Source: Patescibacteria group bacterium
GTDB lineage: Bacteria; Patescibacteriota; Patescibacteriia; Magasanikbacterales; GWA2-37-8
Length of the DNA: 4,650 bases
Assembly: GCA_004321885.1 (NCBI GenBank)
Contig: SCQK01000012.1
Location: forward strand, 1-4,650
Reading direction: 5' to 3'
The translations under genes were made by a program, and so were the position numbers. This document shows positions 1 to 4,354 of the stretch, piece by piece. The notes beneath the pieces are model-generated. The model searched no databases. It was given only the letters and a program-made list of their open reading frames with translations, and was not told the DNA's origin. Positions within the stretch are counted from its first letter, which is position 1; every line of letters begins with the position of its first letter.

Positions 1-120
1 GATGTTTGATACGTCCCAAACAAAACGTAACAAACCTTGTCCTGATTCACGAACGCGAAAGGTCGAAAAACTTACTTATTGAAACGAGAAAGAGTGTCTT
101 AAAAAAGGGGTACTTGCCAA
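1..120. repeat. Left copy of a perfect 120-bp inverted repeat (terminal inverted repeat of the window); may extend beyond the window edge
   Basis: Bases 1-120 are the exact reverse complement of 4531-4650; I checked all twelve 10-mers by hand. Identity breaks at 121 (g, versus a expected from 4530). By eye the repeat is AT-rich and A-tract-rich and unlike its inner flanks. Confidence 0.95.
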
Positions 121-433
121 GGAGCTCGATGATTCGAGAGTGGAAGTTGGGTGGGGTATTCAGCTTATAGCTTTCGCTCCGCCAACCTCTGACTGGTTCA
201 TCGTGACCAATCTCTCCTGCTCCGCGCAGATCTTTTTTATCCAGCTCGAGACCTGTCTTTGCTTCGTAAAACTCGAGTAGCCAATCGTGCCGGCCGATTT
301 CGTTGTTCCCCACAAGGAGGAGCTCCGAGTCGCCGTCAACGAAGTATAGGAACTTATGGCCGCGATGCTTTGACGGATCGTAAGCGCACACTTCAATATC
401 GCGACCGTCATAGCAAACAAAAAAACGCTTCAT
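47..433 (-). CDS. Hypothetical 128-aa soluble protein; last gene of the murJ operon, translationally coupled. Its C-terminal ~24 aa and stop codon are encoded by the left repeat copy.
   Basis: ATG at 431-433 is preceded by a strong SD: minus-strand UAAGGAGAAAAGCA-AUG, where UAA is the murJ stop and GGAG is 7 nt upstream. The ORF is 128 codons. Codons from about residue 105 onward lie inside the repeat (positions <=120); the stop is at 44-46. No family recognised from the sequence alone. Confidence 0.6.
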   Translation of the reverse strand: MKRFFVCYDGRDIEVCAYDPSKHRGHKFLYFVDGDSELLLVGNNEIGRHDWLLEFYEAKTGLELDKKDLRGAGEIGHDEPVRGWRSESYKLNTPPNFHSRIIELLGKYPFFKTLFLVSISKFFDLSRS

Positions 434-444
434 TGCTTTTCTCC

Positions 445-2091
445 TTACTCATTGTTTGTTATAGCCTCGGTGGTAGGCAGGTTCTTCACCCGCAACCACC
501 GACGGGTCAAGGCGTTTTTGAGCTGTAATAATTCAGGCACCTTTAAGATATAACACAAGAGGCAATAAATTGCCAGACCGGCCAGACCCGCCACCGCTCC
601 TTGTCCGAAAATGCCCCAAAAATACCTTTGGTCAAAAATTTCCGCCAGCGGGTATTTCAAAAATTGCACGGCCAGGGCCATGGGAACGGTCGCGATAATA
701 ATTTTGTAAACGGAGGAGGTGAATGAAAGGGGCTGCTTCGCTTCGCTCGCAGTGACAATAGCGGGTGACCGACTTTTCAGCTCACTTCGCAGGGCCAGCG
801 ACAGGGCGGTGAAGTTTACCACAGCCGCGATGGAAAAGGCCAAAGCCAATCCGGCCACACATAGGGGTTTCATTAAAAGCAAAGAGGCGATGATGCCGAT
901 AAGTTCGGAAATAACGCCAATGACAAACGGGGTTTTGGTATTGGACAAGGCGTAGAAGGCGCGGGCGAGCAGGGGAATGAGCGCCTGGGCGAACAAACTC
1001 AACGCGAACAAAGCCAGGGCGTCGGCTGTGGCAATGGTGGCGGTCCAGTTAAATTCGCCGGTGCCCAGCACCACACGCACGATTTGCGCGCGCAACAGCA
1101 TCATTATTATGGAAAGCGGAACAATCAAAAAAATTATCTGGCGCATGGTGGCCGACAGATTTTTCACGAATTCTACGTGGTCGTTTTTGGCCGCGGCCGC
1201 CGACAGCACGGGAAACACCGCCATGGCAAACGGGATGCCGAAGATGCCGATGGGCACGGCCTGCAAATTGCTCGCGAAATTAAAAATTGCCACACTGCCG
1301 GCCGGCAAAAGCGACGCTAACATGGTGATAATCACCAAGTTAAGTTGGCTGACAGCTAAGCCCATGGTGCGCGGGGCCATCAGCTTGGCCACCGAGAGGG
1401 TATTTTTTTCACGCGGTCTGAAAATCCATTGCCAGCGCCAGCCGTTGGCGTAGGCGCTATACAGTTGAAGCAAAAAATGCATGGCCGCGCCCAAGACCAC
1501 GCCCCAGGCCAAGCCGGAGATGCCGATGGCCGGCACCAAAGCGACCGCGCCCACGATAATCCCCAAGTTGTAAAATATCGGGGCGATGGAGTACATGAAA
1601 AAACTGCGCAGTGATTGTAAGATACCGCCAAGCACCATGGACAGCCCGAGCAAAAAAGTGGAGCCAAACATGATGCGAGTGAAACTTATTACCAGCTCGC
1701 GGCTGAAGCCGTTAAACCCGGGCGCGATAATCGCGGCCAGGGCCGGGGTGAAAATTACACCGAGCGCGCTTAGGGCAAGAAGCGAAACAGCCGTAATGTT
1801 CAAAATGTTATTGGCCAGTTTCCAGGCCGGACTTTTGTCTTCGCCTTCGTGAAAAAGGCGGGTAAAGGTGGGAATAAAGGCGGCGCTAAGCGCGCCCACG
1901 ATGAGCAGGTTATAAATCAGGTCCGGTACTTTGAAAGCGGCGTAGTAGGCGTCCATTATCGGGCCCGCGCCAAAGTAGTGCGCAAAAATACGGTCGCGAA
2001 AAAGGCCGATGAGGCGGCTGATAAGAGTGGTGCCGGCGATAATAATAGCGGCACCGGTGATGGTTTTTGATTGGCCGTTGAGGAATGACAT
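445..2091 (-). CDS. murJ: Lipid II flippase MurJ (MviN), MOP superfamily, about 549 aa
   Basis: Long hydrophobic polytopic ORF. The N-terminal region RLIGLFRDRIFAHYFGAGPIMDAYYAAFKVPDLIYNLL..AFIP matches the conserved MurJ/MviN N-terminus (E. coli [30 protein letters not shown]). Start assigned to ATG 2089-2091 (MSFLNGQ...). The 17-codon upstream extension in the ORF track (to 2142) would translate the structured palindromic element and begins with TTG, so I rejected it. Stop is TAA at 445-447. Confidence 0.9.
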   Translation of the reverse strand: MSFLNGQSKTITGAAIIIAGTTLISRLIGLFRDRIFAHYFGAGPIMDAYYAAFKVPDLIYNLLIVGALSAAFIPTFTRLFHEGEDKSPAWKLANNILNITAVSLLALSALGVIFTPALAAIIAPGFNGFSRELVISFTRIMFGSTFLLGLSMVLGGILQSLRSFFMYSIAPIFYNLGIIVGAVALVPAIGISGLAWGVVLGAAMHFLLQLYSAYANGWRWQWIFRPREKNTLSVAKLMAPRTMGLAVSQLNLVIITMLASLLPAGSVAIFNFASNLQAVPIGIFGIPFAMAVFPVLSAAAAKNDHVEFVKNLSATMRQIIFLIVPLSIIMMLLRAQIVRVVLGTGEFNWTATIATADALALFALSLFAQALIPLLARAFYALSNTKTPFVIGVISELIGIIASLLLMKPLCVAGLALAFSIAAVVNFTALSLALRSELKSRSPAIVTASEAKQPLSFTSSVYKIIIATVPMALAVQFLKYPLAEIFDQRYFWGIFGQGAVAGLAGLAIYCLLCYILKVPELLQLKNALTRRWLRVKNLPTTEAITNNE

Positions 2092-2181
2092 GTCATTGCG
2101 AGGTCGCGTAAGCGACCGAAGCAATCCCATCCGTAATCGCAAGGAATTGCTTCGTCGGCCTACGGCCTCCTCGCAATGACA
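2091..2181 (-). promoter_or_regulatory. Nested-palindrome structured element filling the whole intergenic gap upstream of murJ. Candidates: cis-regulatory RNA or leader structure; REP- or MITE-like palindromic element.
   Basis: Outer 13-bp perfect inverted repeat: TGTCATTGCGAGG (2091-2103) with CCTCGCAATGACA (2169-2181). It encloses three hairpins with 0-2 nt linkers: TCGC-GTAA-GCGA (2104-2115); CGAAGCAAT (2117-2125) with ATTGCTTCG (2146-2154), a 9-bp stem around a 20-nt interior; and GGCC-TAC-GGCC (2157-2167). The upstream gene's stop (TAG, 2182-2184) and the murJ ATG (2089-2091) abut the element directly. Confidence 0.55.
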
Positions 2182-2883
2182 CTACGATGGAGACAAATTC
2201 ACCGTCAGTATGGCCGTGGCCGTGCCTTGTGTGGCTGTTCCCGCGCTACTGGCGAACATGGAGCCGGAAATCTCGTCTTTGCTGAACGAAAATTGTTTGA
2301 CAGTGTCGCTCTCGCTTTCCAAATCAATTTTATAGCCTTTTTTTTGCAGTTCCACTTTGTAGTAGCCGATGACAAAATACGGCTCGGCGTTCATATTCTT
2401 CCATTCTATCTGCACCGTGTCGCGATGGTCGGAAACCGGCGACGCAATCATTTTCCAGATGTTCTTGGCCAGGGCCAGCCGCCCAGCGCCCGCGTCTGTG
2501 GAAGTCGGCGTTAGTTGGTCTTTGTTCATGGCCAAAAATAGGGGAGATAAAATCACTTTTGGAAAAAAGGCCGCGATTTCCACGCCGCGGTTTTTGTATT
2601 TGCCCGAGACAAAAGTGATGCGCTCTATATTGTCTTTGTCGTAAAGAGGAATGTCTTGGGGAAAATTTTCCGGTACGGATTTCAAATTTTGCGGACCGCT
2701 GCCCATGGACAGGCGCAAGACAATCGCGCCGACGATGATGACAATCAAAAGACAACCGCAGCCGCCGAGGCAGGCGCGTTTTATTGAAGAAAAGGCCGAG
2801 TATTTCTTGCTGATTTCTCCAATCGGCGGTTCAACAATTTCCACGTCCTTAATAAGGTCGCGTCGCATAAATACAATTGTCAT
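2182..2883 (-). CDS. Hypothetical single-pass membrane protein (233 aa): short cytoplasmic N-terminus, one TM helix, about 170-aa extracytoplasmic domain. First gene of the murJ operon.
   Basis: ORF of 233 codons with one strongly hydrophobic segment (CLLIVIIVGAIVL) after a K/R-containing N-terminus. The start could be ATG 2881-2883 or the in-frame ATG six codons downstream (2866-2868). No clear SD, and a hairpin overlaps the first ATG. No family recognised. Confidence 0.65.
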   Translation of the reverse strand: MTIVFMRRDLIKDVEIVEPPIGEISKKYSAFSSIKRACLGGCGCLLIVIIVGAIVLRLSMGSGPQNLKSVPENFPQDIPLYDKDNIERITFVSGKYKNRGVEIAAFFPKVILSPLFLAMNKDQLTPTSTDAGAGRLALAKNIWKMIASPVSDHRDTVQIEWKNMNAEPYFVIGYYKVELQKKGYKIDLESESDTVKQFSFSKDEISGSMFASSAGTATQGTATAILTVNLSPS

Positions 2884-2902
2884 CCTGAACTAGTTTCAGG
2901 AT
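2882..2902 (-). promoter_or_regulatory. 8-bp stem hairpin overlapping the first ATG of the 233-aa gene (candidate translational control element)
   Basis: A-TCCTGAA-CTAGT-TTCAGGA-T forms a perfect 8-bp stem with a 5-nt loop. The start codon at 2881-2883 lies at the edge of the stem. Confidence 0.3.
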
Positions 2903-2916
2903 CTCAGGTCGCATTT

Positions 2917-2945
2917 ATTGTAGCATGTTTCCCTCCCCTTGACAA
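2917..2945 (-). promoter_or_regulatory. Sigma70-like promoter for the 233-aa gene and murJ operon (-35 TTGTCA, 17-nt spacer, -10 TACAAT on the minus strand)
   Basis: Plus-strand coordinates: -10 is ATTGTA at 2917-2922 (reverse complement TACAAT). The spacer 2923-2939 is 17 nt. -35 is TGACAA at 2940-2945 (reverse complement TTGTCA). The predicted transcription start near 2910 gives a short leader containing the start-codon hairpin. Confidence 0.4.
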
Positions 2946-2966
2946 AAGTTTTATCCGTGGTATTAT
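2939..2966 (+). promoter_or_regulatory. Strong sigma70-like plus-strand promoter with an extended -10 (TTGACA, 16-nt spacer, TGgTATTAT). It is divergent from the operon promoter, with overlapping -35 elements.
   Basis: TTGACA at 2939-2944 is a perfect -35. TG at 2958-2959 and TATTAT at 2961-2966 form an extended -10. No plus-strand ORF lies downstream; the transcript would be non-coding. Confidence 0.45.
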
Positions 2967-2973
2967 TAGTTTA

Positions 2974-3030
2974 GAAAAAGACTTTCGGCCGTGGTTCATA
3001 TACCACAAACTGGCGGAAAGCCTTTTTTGT
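2974..3030 (+). ncRNA. Candidate small non-coding RNA or 3'UTR-antisense transcript driven by the plus-strand promoter
   Basis: The predicted start is near 2974. Hairpin GTGGT-TCATAT-ACCAC (2991-3006) can be extended by GCC/GGC pairing (2988-2990 with 3012-3014). A short GGC-GGAAA-GCC stem follows, then TTTTTTGTTTT at 3023-3033. The region has no ATG and no ORF. The stems are weak, so termination is uncertain. If the transcript reads through, it is antisense to the 137-aa gene. Confidence 0.25.
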
Positions 3031-3031
3031 T

Positions 3032-3445
3032 TTATTCATCAGGAAATACCGAGATTAGCCATTTCTGATTATTCTTTTTATTTTGTTTGATTTGAACGAG
3101 AAATTTTTCTCTGTCTTTAGTTACGCCGACGAAACGGTGTAATATTTCAGATTTATCGTTCGGGTTATCTTTGGAAATCGGATCAAAGCGGCAATTTTGA
3201 ATTAGTTCAATTGCGCAAGGGTAATATTTCACTCGTCTAATTTTATCTCTGTGATTAAGTTTCGTGTGCAGGTGTTGCCAAAAAAGTTCTAAAAAGATTT
3301 TTTCTTTGTTGAAATACGCCGAACGGATATACGGACGGCGTTTTGTTTTTCTCTTTATTTTTTGGTATTGCGCGAATGCGTGTTTGTAAACTTCGCTGAA
3401 ATTCGTGCCTGACAATTTTGATGATTTGACTTTGTAAACCTCCAT
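3032..3445 (-). CDS. Hypothetical 137-aa lysine/arginine-rich basic protein encoded by AT-rich sequence; function unknown. Possibilities are nucleic-acid binding, a toxin-like protein or a phage-like protein.
   Basis: A 137-codon ORF in AT-rich DNA, where stop codons are expected to be frequent, so it is unlikely to be spurious. There is a single ATG candidate at 3443-3445 with no SD. A putative extended -10 about 10 nt upstream suggests a leaderless or near-leaderless mRNA. No conserved catalytic motif recognised. I looked for an HEPN Rx4-6H motif and found none. Confidence 0.55.
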   Translation of the reverse strand: MEVYKVKSSKLSGTNFSEVYKHAFAQYQKIKRKTKRRPYIRSAYFNKEKIFLELFWQHLHTKLNHRDKIRRVKYYPCAIELIQNCRFDPISKDNPNDKSEILHRFVGVTKDREKFLVQIKQNKKNNQKWLISVFPDE

Positions 3446-3454
3446 AGTGCGGAT

Positions 3455-3463
3455 ATTTTATCA
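3455..3463 (-). promoter_or_regulatory. Extended -10 element (TGATAAAAT on the minus strand) about 10 nt upstream of the 137-aa gene ATG; possible leaderless start
   Basis: Minus strand reads cGTGATAAAATatccgcactATG. The TGnTAAAAT pattern matches an extended -10. The -35 is poor. Confidence 0.3.
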
Positions 3464-3535
3464 CGATAAGGGATAAAATAAAAGATTCGCGGGTTCGCAC
3501 AAAAAAACCGGCGTGAGGTGCTGGTTGCGCAATTT

Positions 3536-4189
3536 TCACGGTTCCGATATTCGCCAGCCAACATTTGGCACTTGTACGAACATCATAGATTCAGATTCGT
3601 CGTCCGCGTAGACCTCGTAGAATCTTGCTTCACCAAGATCCTTGGTTATTTTCATCTCGGCTCGATTGAGCCAGCCAGCAATATCTGCAGTGCCGCCGGC
3701 GGAATGGATGGTTTGGAAAAGTTCGTTGCATCGACGTCGGCTGTCTTGGTCGGGCGCACAGGCCGCTAGCACCAAGTTTAGATCTTGCGCCTGCCAACCG
3801 GCGGCATACAACTTGAACGACTCCTCAGGCGATGCCAATGGAAGCAGTGCGCGTTCTTGTAATTTGGATATCCAGACAAATTTTATTACCCACAAATCTA
3901 ATATTGGGTCAATGTAGGCAGAACGCGGGTTTGCTTTTACTACTTCGGCGCCGTATGGCATTGCCATCAGTTTTGTTTTACCGGCTTCTAAATCAATTGG
4001 ATAACCCGGTGAGGAATATCCGATAACGGAGCCATTGATCCTATCGCGCGTGTCGTTTATAAAAACATAATAATCTGGCATGATTAGGAATATTTTTAAG
4101 ATGCCAATAATTAATAGTATTAAAATTATAAATAGTGTGCTTATTAAAAGTTTTTTGAATCTCCTCATATGACATGAAGTTAACTTCAT
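3536..4189 (-). CDS. Hypothetical 217-aa protein with an N-terminal signal-anchor or TM helix and a C-terminal domain of roughly 170 aa predicted outside the cytoplasm; function unknown
   Basis: ATG at 4187-4189 is preceded by AAGAGGU, 11 nt upstream. An alternative in-frame ATG lies at 4166-4168. The N-terminus MKLTSCHMRRFKK is followed by a hydrophobic stretch of about 25 residues (LLISTLFIILILLIIGILKIFLIM). By eye the gene is GC-mosaic: the anchor region is very AT-rich and the C-terminal domain about half GC. Stop is TGA at 3536-3538. Confidence 0.65.
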   Translation of the reverse strand: MKLTSCHMRRFKKLLISTLFIILILLIIGILKIFLIMPDYYVFINDTRDRINGSVIGYSSPGYPIDLEAGKTKLMAMPYGAEVVKANPRSAYIDPILDLWVIKFVWISKLQERALLPLASPEESFKLYAAGWQAQDLNLVLAACAPDQDSRRRCNELFQTIHSAGGTADIAGWLNRAEMKITKDLGEARFYEVYADDESESMMFVQVPNVGWRISEP

Positions 4190-4224
4190 TCTTAAATTTA
4201 CCTCTTTTGTGGAAATTTGTAAAC

Positions 4225-4245
4225 AAAAAACCGACTGGGTGTCGG
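4225..4245 (-). terminator. Rho-independent terminator on the minus strand (CCGAC-ACCCA-GUCGG followed by UUUUUUGUUU)
   Basis: Plus strand reads AAAAAA (4225-4230), CCGAC (4231-4235), TGGGT (4236-4240), GTCGG (4241-4245). On the minus strand this is a 5-bp GC-rich stem with a 5-nt loop followed directly by six U residues. It sits between the GC-rich fragment and the 217-aa gene. Confidence 0.5.
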
Positions 4246-4354
4246 GGGACCGCCTGTATAGCCATCAGGCTGGCTGCCACAGGACGTGGCGAGGGAAGGT
4301 GCTTACAGCGAGGCGAAGAAGCCGGGCAGGGCCGGCGCTATCTCGCGGGATGAG

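Noticed and set aside
719-2070. Seven plus-strand ORFs (719-955, 977-1453, 1084-1320, 1429-1614, 1586-1852, 1849-2070) and minus 1380-1667, all embedded in the murJ coding region
   Set aside because: They lie antisense to or out of frame within a confidently identified polytopic membrane-protein gene. In GC-moderate sequence such open antisense frames are expected by chance. Their translations are low-complexity, Ala/Arg/Gly-rich.
2092-2142. N-terminal extension of the murJ ORF (MRLRMGLLRSLTRPRND...) given in the ORF track
   Set aside because: It begins with TTG, not ATG, and would translate the nested-palindrome element. Conserved MurJ N-termini start about 12-14 residues before the RD..FG.G motif, which matches the ATG at 2089-2091.
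2091-2181. Hammerhead ribozyme or integron attC identity for the nested palindrome
   Set aside because: No CUGAUGA or GAAA core placement on either strand, so not a hammerhead. No GTTRRRY or RYYYAAC core sites at the ends, so not attC. The element remains unclassified.
2176-2893. ORFs 2176-2514(+), 2330-2755(-), 2369-2644(+) and 2651-2893(+) overlapping the 233-aa gene
   Set aside because: Alternative-frame or antisense overlaps with a longer ORF that has a clear TM topology. Their translations are Arg/His-rich, typical of off-frame reads of coding DNA.
3255-3564. ORFs 3255-3539(-) and 3355-3564(-)
   Set aside because: They overlap the 137-aa gene out of frame and run across the intergenic region and the stop of the 217-aa gene. 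No start or RBS context.
3518-4280. Plus-strand ORFs 3518-3769, 3642-3917 and 3832-4026, and minus ORF 4041-4280
   Set aside because: Antisense or out of frame relative to the 217-aa gene. ORF 4041-4280(-) would span the terminator hairpin and the promoter and SD region.
4250-4354. Possible tRNA or small RNA in the GC-rich stretch between the terminator and the fragment stop
   Set aside because: No T-loop-like GTTCRANYC motif, no cloverleaf-compatible arms on either strand, and no promoter. Better explained as a 3'UTR.
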